Below, piece by piece: positions 31,019 through 40,781 of a stretch of DNA of 64,000 nucleotides. The notes beneath the pieces are model-generated. The model was not told the origin of the DNA and made no database searches. It was given only the letters and a program-made list of their open reading frames with translations. Where the stretch lies: assembly GCA_965218435.1 (NCBI GenBank), contig CBDCKW010000005.1, positions 192,001 to 256,000 on the forward strand, given 5' to 3'. A program made the position numbers and the translations under genes. Position 1 is the stretch's first letter. Each line of letters starts with the position of its first letter. Source of the stretch: Truepera sp. (GTDB lineage Bacteria; Deinococcota; Deinococci; Deinococcales; Trueperaceae).

Positions 31019-31843
31019 TCAACCTTTGACTGCCCCCCCCGTTAAACCGGCGACGATATAACGCTGGGCGAGCAAAAAGAACGCCACAGCGGGGAGTAAG
31101 TTGACCGAAATAAAGGCCATAACCCGGTTCCATTCGGTCGAGAATTCGCCCCTATAGTTGACGAGCCCCAGTGGCCAGGGATGGTTCGCTGGATTGGTCC
31201 CGAGCATAATTAGAGGTAGCATATAGCCGTTCCACGACGTCACTAGCGTCAAAACGCCTACGGTTGCCAGAATCGGCAGCGACAGCGGTATGATAAAGCG
31301 AAAGTAAAAGCCGATATAGCCAATGCCGTCAACCCGCGCTGCCTCAAACAATTCGTGTGGTAGTTGCTCAAAGAACCCTCTAAAAAACAGCACTGACCCT
31401 GCAATGCCAAAGGCGACTTGCGGCAAGATCACCGCCCAGTGGGTATTAAAGATGTGCAGGTACGAGTTATTGATAACGAAAATCGGTACGATAGCGGCGG
31501 CAGCTGGAAACATCAACCCGAGCAGGAGATACGAATAGACGAAATCTTGTCCGGCGAATTTGAGATGGCTAAAGGTAAAAGCTGCCATCGACGCAACAAT
31601 CAAGACTAAAAAGACTGTAAAGAAAGCGATGTTTAGCGAGTTCAGCGCGTAACGCCAGGTTGCGGGTGAACCGAGGATATCGCTATAAGCGTCGAAACGC
31701 CACACTTGTGGCAAACCCACCGGGTTGTTGCGCAGTTCGCCGGTGGACTTGAAACCGCCGATAAAAGTCGCCCAGATGGGGAGCAGCACAAAGCCAGATA
31801 AGGTGAGCAGAAAAAGGTACTTAAAGTAGATCGCAAGTCTCAT
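31019..31843 (-). CDS. Carbohydrate ABC transporter permease
   Basis: ELFEAARVDG; C-terminal GLTGGAVKG. Confidence 0.93.
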   Translation of the reverse strand: MRLAIYFKYLFLLTLSGFVLLPIWATFIGGFKSTGELRNNPVGLPQVWRFDAYSDILGSPATWRYALNSLNIAFFTVFLVLIVASMAAFTFSHLKFAGQDFVYSYLLLGLMFPAAAAIVPIFVINNSYLHIFNTHWAVILPQVAFGIAGSVLFFRGFFEQLPHELFEAARVDGIGYIGFYFRFIIPLSLPILATVGVLTLVTSWNGYMLPLIMLGTNPANHPWPLGLVNYRGEFSTEWNRVMAFISVNLLPAVAFFLLAQRYIVAGLTGGAVKG

Positions 31844-32802
31844 ACACGCTTCCTCTTGAAGAGGCTCTGGTCACCCATGACGAAGTACTGATAGCTAAAC
31901 CCCACGACGATGCTGATGGCGAACAAGATAATACTCGCCGCTGAAGCGATACCGTAGCGTTGACGGCGCGATAAGCCCCACTCGTAAATAAAGGTCGCCA
32001 GCGTTTGGCCGTGCTCAGGCGGTGAGGGACCGTAGAGGCCGATGATGAGGTCGAAAACTTGAAACGAACCCAAAATCGCGAAAAAGAGCGAAAGTTTAAG
32101 CGCGTATGAGATAAGCGGGATTTTAATGTACAGCACGCTTTGCCAGTTCGACGCGCCGTCGATGCTAGCGGACTCGGTCAGTTCTTTGGGTACGCCTTGC
32201 AAACCCGCGATGTAAAGAATCATGTGGTAGCCAAAAAACTTCCATACCAGCACGAGTAGCACTGCAGCAAACGACCAGGTTTTATCGTCCAAGATAAAAT
32301 AAGACTTGCCGAGCAGGTTCTGAAAAAGCGGCGCGACTGCGCCGCTGCGCCCGTCTAACATATAAACCCAGATAAGCCCACTGGCAACTTCTGAGAGTAC
32401 GAAGGGCAAGAAAAAGATAAGCCGAAATATACTGTTGGTAAAGGTTTCTTTGTAGATCAGCAGCGCGCAAACGAGTGCTAACGGTAATTGCACAAATAAC
32501 GAGGTGGCGAGAATGAGCGCAGTGTTACGTAAAGCGGGCTCGAAAAAGACGTTTAGGGTGCGTTTACTAAACATCCAGACATAGTTGCTGACGCCGTTGA
32601 AGTCGATGAGTGGGCCGTAACCTTTATAGGTGTAAAAGCTCATAAGGCCTGCGCTAAATATTGGTAGGATAACGAAAATTGTAAAGATGAGCAGCGCGGG
32701 CGGCAACAAGATAAGAACAGCGTTTAAGCGCCGCCGCTGCTCGGCTTTGCCCCAACGACGTTTGGGTTTGGGTAAGGTTCGCTCGCTCAAGGCCGTTGCC
32801 AT
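31840..32802 (-). CDS. Carbohydrate ABC transporter permease
   Basis: ELTESASIDGA EAA-loop and TM helices. Confidence 0.93.
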   Translation of the reverse strand: MATALSERTLPKPKRRWGKAEQRRRLNAVLILLPPALLIFTIFVILPIFSAGLMSFYTYKGYGPLIDFNGVSNYVWMFSKRTLNVFFEPALRNTALILATSLFVQLPLALVCALLIYKETFTNSIFRLIFFLPFVLSEVASGLIWVYMLDGRSGAVAPLFQNLLGKSYFILDDKTWSFAAVLLVLVWKFFGYHMILYIAGLQGVPKELTESASIDGASNWQSVLYIKIPLISYALKLSLFFAILGSFQVFDLIIGLYGPSPPEHGQTLATFIYEWGLSRRQRYGIASAASIILFAISIVVGFSYQYFVMGDQSLFKRKRV

Positions 32803-32829
32803 AGTTTCTCCGTCAAACAGAAAAATTTT

Positions 32830-32888
32830 TAGTCAATGGGGCTTGATTGTTTCTGCTGTTTCAAAAAACAACTAAGCCCCATTGACTA
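32830..32888. terminator. Intergenic stem-loop between the SBP and permease genes (attenuator or mRNA stabiliser)
   Basis: TAGTCAATGGGGCTT...AAGCCCCATTGACTA, 15-bp perfect arms. Confidence 0.7.
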
Positions 32889-32918
32889 TTTCACAGAAGT
32901 GATGTTGCCTCGCGACTC

Positions 32919-34169
32919 CTAACGCAACTCCCAGCTTTCCTGAACAAGTTCAGCTGATGTTTGCGGGTCAACGTCACCTGTAGCGAGCTGAGCAGAAATA
33001 TCATTGACTACGCCGCCGACATCAGCACCAAGCGCCTGATCAAGGAAAATCTGATGCCACTGCGATTCGCCTAGGTCACGAGAAATCTGCGCAAAAAACG
33101 GATTGCTAAGCCCGGCGTCCGAGCCGACTGCCATCGGAATAAAGACGCCGAGTTTACCTGCTTCTATCTGGTTGTCGGCGTCCATCAGGTACTCTAAAAA
33201 GGTAACCGCTTCGTCGGGCGCATCTTTCGCTGCAACAAACCCGTTGATACCGCCCAAGGTATCGGTGGCTTCACCGGCTCCGCCTTCTATCAAAGGAAAA
33301 GAGAGCAGACCTAGCTGGTCGTCGTCTAGGCCGCCGCTTTGCGAAGCGCCGCGTTGCGCAGTGTAAACCCAGTTGCCCATGAGCAGGAAGACGGCCCCGC
33401 CATCGCCAAAGAAGCCGTAAGAATCGGTGGCACCTGTGGTCATAAAGCCCTCTTGGAAAGGCTGCATGTCGATGAGCTGCTTGAAATCCTCGCCCGCTTT
33501 GACGAAGGGCGCGGCGGCAAAACCGTCGCCCTCACCACTTTGCGCATCTAAAAAGCCCTGCTGGCCCGCTTCGCGCATCGCTAGGTAAGACCAGTAAAAG
33601 TGCAGCGGCCATTTGTCTTTGCCGCCAACCGAGATGGGCGTTAAACCTGCGTCTTTCGCCTTTTGCACGGCAGCCAAAAAGTCGTCCCAGGTTTCAATCG
33701 CTTCAACGTCGATACCCGCTTGTTCGGCAAGTGCTCGGTTATACCAAAAACCCACTTCCGATACTTGTTGAGGGAGTCCCACGACACTACCGCCCACGGT
33801 AAAGGCGTTCATGCCAGCGGGGGACATCGTCTGCAAGAAGTCGCTGTCAAGCAGGCTGGTGATGTCCCGCGTGACTCCGGCTGCTACCTGCTCTTCTAAA
33901 ATTCCGCCACCCCAGCTGTAAAAGAGGTCGGGGGCGTCGCTAGTTTGCAATAGGGTCGGAAGTTTTTTCTTAAAATCTTCGTTGTCCATTCTTTCAAACT
34001 GCACAACGATGTCAGGATGTTCCGCGTTGAACTTGGCCGCGACCGCATCTTCATATTCGGGTCGGCCATCGTCAGCTATAAGTGACAACACCTTCACGGT
34101 AGTTTGGGCTTGGGCAACGGTGCAAAGTAAGACGAGACCGGTAGCTAACAGTCTTAAAACAGACTTCAT
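32919..34169 (-). CDS. Carbohydrate ABC transporter substrate-binding protein (CUT1)
   Basis: Signal peptide AQAQ, PDLFYSWGGG, TWDDFL. Confidence 0.92.
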   Translation of the reverse strand: MKSVLRLLATGLVLLCTVAQAQTTVKVLSLIADDGRPEYEDAVAAKFNAEHPDIVVQFERMDNEDFKKKLPTLLQTSDAPDLFYSWGGGILEEQVAAGVTRDITSLLDSDFLQTMSPAGMNAFTVGGSVVGLPQQVSEVGFWYNRALAEQAGIDVEAIETWDDFLAAVQKAKDAGLTPISVGGKDKWPLHFYWSYLAMREAGQQGFLDAQSGEGDGFAAAPFVKAGEDFKQLIDMQPFQEGFMTTGATDSYGFFGDGGAVFLLMGNWVYTAQRGASQSGGLDDDQLGLLSFPLIEGGAGEATDTLGGINGFVAAKDAPDEAVTFLEYLMDADNQIEAGKLGVFIPMAVGSDAGLSNPFFAQISRDLGESQWHQIFLDQALGADVGGVVNDISAQLATGDVDPQTSAELVQESWELR

Positions 34170-34184
34170 GCGCTTCTCCTAAAA

Positions 34185-34229
34185 CTTGTCCGATATAATT
34201 TGGTACGGGTACATGTACCCTCGGACAAG
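34185..34229. promoter_or_regulatory. Palindromic operator or leader structure upstream of the ABC operon
   Basis: Perfect palindrome GGGTACATGTACCC (34207-34220), nested in CTTGTCCGA...TCGGACAAG. Confidence 0.45.
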
Positions 34230-34349
34230 GCGTTTCTTTGTCAAACAGTCTGTGCTTTACAATGCAGTTGCACGGTCTGCCCTTACGAGAACATCTAATT
34301 GAGCCTTGCTAAGACCATAACATTTTTTCGCGGGTTCCACCTCAAAACC

Positions 34350-35117
34350 TTAAGACTTTGCAGCCACCTCGCCCTCGTAGATTCGTCGACCCTCTTTGAT
34401 AAAGGGAACGGCGAGGGTCTTCGTACCTTTGTCGGCGTCACTATTGCCCATCGGCTCCGCCGAATACTGCGCCAGGTAGCTGCGCCGCATCTTTGGCGTG
34501 GTGTTGGTGCCACTGTTGTGAAACGTAAGGCTCGAGAACAGTGCGATACTACCTGCAGGTACGATAACGGGAATGCCTGGGTCCGTGCCGTGGTACCCAA
34601 CTCTGTCGTTTGTGCCTTCTTCTTTAACGTGCTCGACAAGCTCCCTCGTACCGGCACGGCTGTAAGGTAGGACGTAAATCGTCCCATTCTCTTCGCTCAT
34701 GTCATCTAGCGCGCACCAGCACGACAAGTAGGCGCTGTGCTCGAAATCGACAAAACCAGAATCCTGGTGCCAAGAAAACCTCATCCCTTTTTCGGCTGCT
34801 TTAATGACGTACTGCTCGTAAAAAAGGTAGACCTCGTCTCCCAGGAGTGCTTTGGTAATCTCAGCCATAAAGTCGCTGAACAAAAAGCCTTTCAAAGCTT
34901 CGCTGTTCGGGTGTTTGTTGGAGATGAAGTAGCGTTTATCGCGGTGGCTGATGCCTAAGGTGTCCGTGCCTTGCACGTCCATTTCGGCGTGCATCAGCTC
35001 GATATGGTGTTGCGCTTCGGTTCGTAGTGCTTCAAGATGTTTTTCGGGAATGACACGTTCTAAGATGGTGTAGCCCTCGTCATGGTACTGCGCGACCTGC
35101 TCGGGTGAAATGCTCAT
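34350..35117 (-). CDS. Phytanoyl-CoA dioxygenase (PhyH) family Fe(II)/2OG dioxygenase
   Basis: WHQD, WCALDD..EENG, H.SG.N...RR motifs. Confidence 0.9.
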   Translation of the reverse strand: MSISPEQVAQYHDEGYTILERVIPEKHLEALRTEAQHHIELMHAEMDVQGTDTLGISHRDKRYFISNKHPNSEALKGFLFSDFMAEITKALLGDEVYLFYEQYVIKAAEKGMRFSWHQDSGFVDFEHSAYLSCWCALDDMSEENGTIYVLPYSRAGTRELVEHVKEEGTNDRVGYHGTDPGIPVIVPAGSIALFSSLTFHNSGTNTTPKMRRSYLAQYSAEPMGNSDADKGTKTLAVPFIKEGRRIYEGEVAAKS

Positions 35118-35184
35118 ACCCCTACCTCCTTTTAATTTTCGCTACCTTCTCATACTACGGTCTCCGCCAAAAAAGTGCCTCCAA

Positions 35185-35214
35185 AATATCACCGAAATCT
35201 AGTACAATATCACC
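35185..35214. promoter_or_regulatory. Putative AraC-family binding site
   Basis: Direct repeat AATATCACC at 35185 and 35206 (21-bp spacing), between the divergent phyH-like and araC-like genes. Confidence 0.55.
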
Positions 35215-35216
35215 AC

Positions 35217-36119
35217 ATGAAAATATTTAGTTTTGCCGATGTCGGTCATAAGGAAGCGTTTCCCTTTTTTGTCCAACATGCGACCGTCGGAGCGGGTACC
35301 TTCGACATGCACGGCCATCATTTTTCAGAACTGGTGGTGGTATTAAGCGGTTCGGGTCGGCACGTCACTGAAGCTGAAAGCTATCCGATTTGCCGAGGTG
35401 ATGTTTTTGTGCTGAACGGCCAAACGGCTCACGCCTTTGAAGACTCGAACCAACTTAGAGTTTGCAATATCATGTATGACCCTGATCAGCTCATCAGACC
35501 ACACCAAAACCTCCACACTGTCCTCGGCTACCAAGCCCTATTTATGCTAGAGCCGTTGTACCGAAAAAACTCCGGCTTTGGCGGTAAGTTGCAACTGGGC
35601 GAAGCTGAACTGAACACAGTCATTTCCCTACTTGACGCTCTCAAGTACGAGCAGCGCGCACAGTTGCAGGGGTATCAAAGTCTTTTAGCAGCGTACTTTA
35701 TGCAGCTTGTCGTGCTGCTCTCGAGATATTACTCCGCTTCACCCGCTAGGCCGACCCAAGCGATATTGCGCTTGGCTGACGTTTTGAGTTACCTCGAGGA
35801 CAACACCCACCGCTCGCTCGAGCTTATCGAACTAGCTAGTCGTGCCAACTTGTCTAAAAATCAATTTTTGCGGGTGTTCAAAAAAGCCTTTGATACTACG
35901 CCTATAACTTATGTTGCCAATCGCAGAATTCAAAAAGCGCAAAGGTTGCTTGAAACCACCTCGCTACCTATTAGTCAAATTGCTTTTGATACCGGCTTTA
36001 TAGACAGCAATTACTTTTCTCGGCGCTTCCGGCAGGTGGTGGGCCAAAGCCCTAGGGATTACCGATCCACGCTAGGAGACAATGGACTGTCGTATAAACT
36101 AGCGTCTGATCCGAAGTGA
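35217..36119 (+). CDS. AraC family regulator, RhaR/RhaS-like
   Basis: HGHHFSELVVV..GSGRH..YPICRGDVF cupin resembling RhaR; GFIDSNYFSRRF HTH. Confidence 0.88.
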   Translation: MKIFSFADVGHKEAFPFFVQHATVGAGTFDMHGHHFSELVVVLSGSGRHVTEAESYPICRGDVFVLNGQTAHAFEDSNQLRVCNIMYDPDQLIRPHQNLHTVLGYQALFMLEPLYRKNSGFGGKLQLGEAELNTVISLLDALKYEQRAQLQGYQSLLAAYFMQLVVLLSRYYSASPARPTQAILRLADVLSYLEDNTHRSLELIELASRANLSKNQFLRVFKKAFDTTPITYVANRRIQKAQRLLETTSLPISQIAFDTGFIDSNYFSRRFRQVVGQSPRDYRSTLGDNGLSYKLASDPK

Positions 36120-36190
36120 ACAATCCTCGCCGCAAAAATCTACAATAAATAGGGGTACGAGATTGCCTATATTGGATGGTCTTGCTTAAC

Positions 36191-37138
36191 TTATGAATCT
36201 GTGCCGTCGTTTTTTGTCTGCGCCTTGTAGAGCGCCAACGCCATAAGCTGACGATTACGCCATTCGCTGCGCTCGGCCAACCTATCTGCGGGTAATGAAC
36301 GGCGGCGGTCTTTCTCAACGCGCCCAATCAGGTCATCGCTCCAAGCTTGTGGGTTGGCGCGGTCACGAGCGACAGATAGATACAAATTGCCCAAGCGTTC
36401 GGCGTAGTCACGAACCCCACCAGGTGCGTTTAGGTCAATGGTTTCAAACGGTCCCATAAACGACCAACGTAAACCGAGCCCATAAGACACCGTTTTGTCG
36501 ATATCAGCCGTGCTGGCGTACCCCTCGTCGAACAGTGCCCACGCCTCGCGCAGTAGCGCTCCTTGGAGGCGGTTGAGAATAAACCCTTCTATCTCACCGT
36601 TCACCCGCACGGGAATTTGTCCTACAGCTTCCATAAGTACATGCACACGCTGAACTGTAACGTCGCTGGTCCAGGGTGTAGGAACGAGTTCAACGACGGG
36701 CACTAGGTGAGGTGGATTGATAGGGTGGGCTACAAGATAGTTCGCTGCGTAACGCAGGCCCTCAGTAAATACCGACCCTGGAATGCCTGAAGACGAGCTA
36801 CCTACAGCGATCTCCGCGGCGATTTGGGCGTCGATAGCTTCATAGGTAGCGCGTTTAATATCCGGCCGTTCCAGCACCGATTCTTGAATATAGGTCACGT
36901 CATTGATGCTCTCGGCAAAAGCATCTACGACCTCGACGCGCCTTAAAACACGCTCTGCGTCATCAACAAGATGATGTGCTTCAAGATTATTTAAGCTGAT
37001 TCCCAGTTGGTCGATAAGTTGAGCCCGGATTTCTGGATTGTGGTCGTAGACTCGGACAGAGTAGCCAGCACGGGCGAAGACGATAACCCAGCTTACGCCG
37101 ATCAAGCCAGCACCGATCACGCCAACAGCCTCTTTCAT
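36191..37138 (-). CDS. 3-hydroxyacyl-CoA dehydrogenase family (L-gulonate 3-dehydrogenase/lambda-crystallin-like)
   Basis: GAGLIG, QESVLE, HPINPPHL, GFILNRLQ, GLGLRWSFMGPFET. Confidence 0.88.
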   Translation of the reverse strand: MKEAVGVIGAGLIGVSWVIVFARAGYSVRVYDHNPEIRAQLIDQLGISLNNLEAHHLVDDAERVLRRVEVVDAFAESINDVTYIQESVLERPDIKRATYEAIDAQIAAEIAVGSSSSGIPGSVFTEGLRYAANYLVAHPINPPHLVPVVELVPTPWTSDVTVQRVHVLMEAVGQIPVRVNGEIEGFILNRLQGALLREAWALFDEGYASTADIDKTVSYGLGLRWSFMGPFETIDLNAPGGVRDYAERLGNLYLSVARDRANPQAWSDDLIGRVEKDRRRSLPADRLAERSEWRNRQLMALALYKAQTKNDGTDS

Positions 37139-37542
37139 ATATCATCCTTCATTTCGTTTCTCCCAAGACGATCTACCAGTAAGGTTAGCGTTTTGCCATT
37201 TGGCTTAAATTGTTAAAAACCCCGAGTCCTAGGGAATAGACCCTTAAAGCAGTGAAAATGGGGGTATGTCGAGACCACCCCATTTCCAAGGCCAGTCTAC
37301 GTTAATTGAGTTGTTTACGGTTATGTACGTGATGGTCGATGATTACTTGAAGCGTTCAGTCAAGCTAAAACGTTTCAGCTTGCCAATAGCAGACAACCAA
37401 AAGGGCAGTTACGCCGAGCTGATGACCATTGCTTTGGTAGATAAACTGAGATGCCAAGATCACGTCGGTAACTGGTTCGATCTAGTTAAGATCGAGTATA
37501 CGGCACTCTTTCCAGAGTCGCCGCATAAGACGCGCTACTACC

Positions 37543-38698
37543 CAGGGCTTACGCATGTAGAAGCAGTGACTTAGCATGAGGGATGAACGAGTATGAACTA
37601 CCAAGGCTGTTAGCGCATTTTACGGTTATACCTGATCCAAGAGCACATAGCGTCTGCCACAAGCTTGAAGACATCTTGGTGATTGCGATCTGTGCTGTTA
37701 TCGGCGGGGCGAACTCGTTTAGTGAGATTGAACAGTACGGCGAAGCAAAAGAGAGCTGGCTGAAAAAGACTTTAGAATTATCGAACGGTATACCGAGCCA
37801 CGATACGTTTAGACGCGTATTTATGCTGTTAGAAGCTGAAGCGTGGCAAGGGGTATTTTTCGATTGGACACGGGCGCTGGTTTTAGAACCGACCACTAGC
37901 CCAACCGAGGTACTCGCGGTAGACGGCAAGTTCTCACGGGCGAGCGGCTTGCACTTCCCGAAGGACCGAGCGAAGCGTACGGTGAGTGTGTGGGCGAGTG
38001 AGCATCACGTTGTTTTAGCACAACAGCAAGTAGCCGACAAAACCAATGAGATAACGGTCATCCCTGAACTGCTGGAGGTGCTTGATATTGCTGGAACAAC
38101 CGTGACCATCGACGCGGCTGGTACGCAAAAACATATTGCCTGGGTCATTAGAGAACATCACACAGATTATGCCCTTGCCCTTAAAGCCAATCACAAACAC
38201 TTATTCGAGGATGTCAAATGGTTGTTTGCTCAACACGAAAGCACGCCGCATTGGACGACTTGCACAAAAGGTCATGGACGCACTGAAACCAGAGACACCT
38301 GGTTACTTACCGACCTCAGCTTTCTGGAAAACGTCTCCGCTTGGCGCGACCTTGCAGGTGTCGCACGTGTGCGGGGAACACGCGAAGTAAACGGAGAAGT
38401 GAGCGTATATGACCGTTATTTTCTTACCAGCTTGACCAACGCGGAAACGCTCGCCTACGCCGTGCGTTCGCACTGGGGCATCGAAAACGGTCTACACTGG
38501 GTTCTGGACGTTGCTTTTAGCGAAGATCAGAGCAGGGCTAGAACCGACCACGCTCAAGCCAACCCCGTCACGTTGCGGCATTTGGCTTTGAATCAACTTA
38601 AACGAGAAAAGTCGCTTAAAGCTAGTGTCAAAGCCAAGCGCATGAGAGCAGGTTGGGATGACCACTACCTCCTTAAAGTTCTACATGCGTAAGCCCTG
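37543..38698 (+). mobile_element. ISAs1-family element; transposase 37583-38692
   Basis: Perfect TIR CAGGGCTTACGCATGTAGAA; 10-bp TSD CGCTACTACC; PSHDTF, VDGK, HWGIENGLHWVLDV. Confidence 0.92.
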
Positions 38699-39111
38699 CG
38701 CTACTACCGAGTTCTCAAGCGACTCGGGCGTGTCTTTGCCGACTTCGCGTTGAGATTTGCCGGGTCAGATATGCTGCACGTGATTGACTCGAAGCCTTTG
38801 CCTATTTGTAAAGGCGTCTGCTAGAAACGTCCCCGAGCGATGACTGAAGCAACGTCAGGCCAGGGTGGACTGGGTTGGTTTTACGGCTTTAAGCTCCACG
38901 CTGTAATCAATCAACACGGCGTCATCTGCCGCTTCGCTGTCGCGCCAGCCAACGAGCATGATGTCACCGTCGCCAGATGCTTGCTCGCCAGCACCAAGGC
39001 ATGGGTCATCGTTGATAAAGGCTACGCCGGTTGCTAAATCTATGCCCAGCCTAAAGACAACGAACTTCATCCCCGAGTCTGGACACCTGCTTTAGGCTGG
39101 CTCAGCAAATC

Positions 39112-40377
39112 TGATCTTCACCCGCTTTTATGGAGTCGTAGTTAAGCAGCTTGAGAGAAGTGTACCCGTTCAAAATTGTCAGGAGATAGAAACCCCAGAG
39201 AGGAGTGCCTACGCTTGGCGTTGTAGAAACCCTCTAGGTAGCTGAAGATGCTGGTCTTAGCCTGCTGGCGGGTCTGGTAATTTGCGCCCTCGACCTCTTC
39301 GGTTTTCAGAGTAGCGAAGAACGATTCGACGACGGCGTTGTCATAACAATTCCCTTTGCCCGACATACTTTGTGTGATGCGGTTGGCTGCGAGCTCGGCC
39401 CTAAAAGCACGACTGGCATATTGGCTGCCCCTATCTGAATGATGCGTCAGTGTCGCCGTATCGGGCCGCTGCCGCGTCGCCATCGTCAACGCCGAGAGGG
39501 TGAGGTCATCGGTGAGTCCGTCGGAGAAGGCCCAGCCAATGACTTTGCGGCTGAAGAGGTCGAGCGTCACCGCCAGATACAACCAGCCCTCGGCGGTGGG
39601 TAGGTAGGTGATGTCGCTGGCCCAGAGGGTGTTGGGGGTTGCCACGTCGAAGTTCTGCTCAACGAGATTTGCTGCTTTAGGGCGCGAGTGCTGGGAGGTC
39701 GTGGTGGTCTTGAACTTTCGTTTCGTCTTGCCCCTAATGCCTGCTGAGCGCATCAGACGGGCGACGCGCTTGCGCCCGACCTTGTGTCCGGCAGCCCGTA
39801 AGTCCTTGTGGATGCGCGGCGAGCCGTAGGTGCAACGGCTCCCGCAGTGGAACATCACGATCTTCTCGCTCAACGTTTCGTCCTCCCTGACTCGCTCCTG
39901 ACTCGCTGGCTTTTTCCTCGCCGTGACCAGGCGTAGAAGCCGCTGACCGACACGGCCAACACCCCGGCCATCAAGCTGACGGCCCAAAAGTTACGGTGTT
40001 CCTTGATGAAGGTGTACCTCACCGACTTTCCCCGGCAAAGAACTTGACCGCTTTTTTTAAGATGTCACGCTCCTGTATCACCCGCTCGAGTTCTTTTTTC
40101 AAGCGCACGTTCTCTTGCTGCTCGGCGGTTAAAGCGACCTTGCCGTTCCCGGGAAAGGCCAGCTCGCCGCCCTCACGCGCCTGTTTCCGCCACTTGTAAA
40201 GGCTGTAGTCGGACACGCCCAGTTCCTGGGCGATCTGAGCCACGCTTACCCCCGCTTGTTCACTCAACCTGACCGCTTCGCGCTTGAATTCCGCCGTGTA
40301 GACCCTACGTTCTTTCATATCGCCTCCATTGTGCATCAGAGGCTTAACTCGGTCTCCGTTTTATCGGGTGAACATCA
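39112..40377 (-). mobile_element. IS3-family element (OrfA 40019-40318; OrfB to 39142, frameshifted by an 11-bp tandem duplication)
   Basis: TG...CA ends with TIR TGATcTTCACCCG; 3-bp TSD ATC; WASDITY, HSDRGSQY, DNAVVESFF; CCTGACTCGCT duplicated near 39886-39907. Confidence 0.9.
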
Positions 40378-40781
40378 ATCTATCGAATTGGTCTTCTCTT
40401 CTTTGCTGCGCTCGAGGCACCTTATTAACAGGTCAGCTCAACTCGTTCTGGTCAGTTAGAGCCAGTGTTTGCCGTAAAGTCACTGCTCACAACTTGGCTT
40501 GGTTCTTGACCCATTGAGCCACTGACCCCTAGCACTCGAGGTTTATAACTTCGCTACTACACCTCGGTACTGTATACCCAACTGAAGAACCTATCCCGTA
40601 AGGCGTTAAATCACTGAGCGCACCCTTTCTTAGTACACTAAACGCCGTAGTATCCGTAACTGCTAGTCTGAGAAAACAGCTGATTGGAAAGGCATCGTAA
40701 AGTTCACTCTTATTTACGTCTTTATTACGTGGCGGTTTTCGGATAGAGTCTGAATAAAAGTCGAGCTTAGCGGAGAACGAT

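Larger units (their letters stand above)
37219..40542 (+). mobile_element. Degenerate IS982-family element carrying nested ISAs1 and IS3 insertions
   Basis: Imperfect TIRs ACCCCGAGTCCTAGGG / ACCTCGAGTGCTAGGG. Transposase pieces at 37266-37542, 38699-39111 (IDSKPLPIC, WFYGFKLH, DKGY; internal stops) and 40378-40517. Confidence 0.8.
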
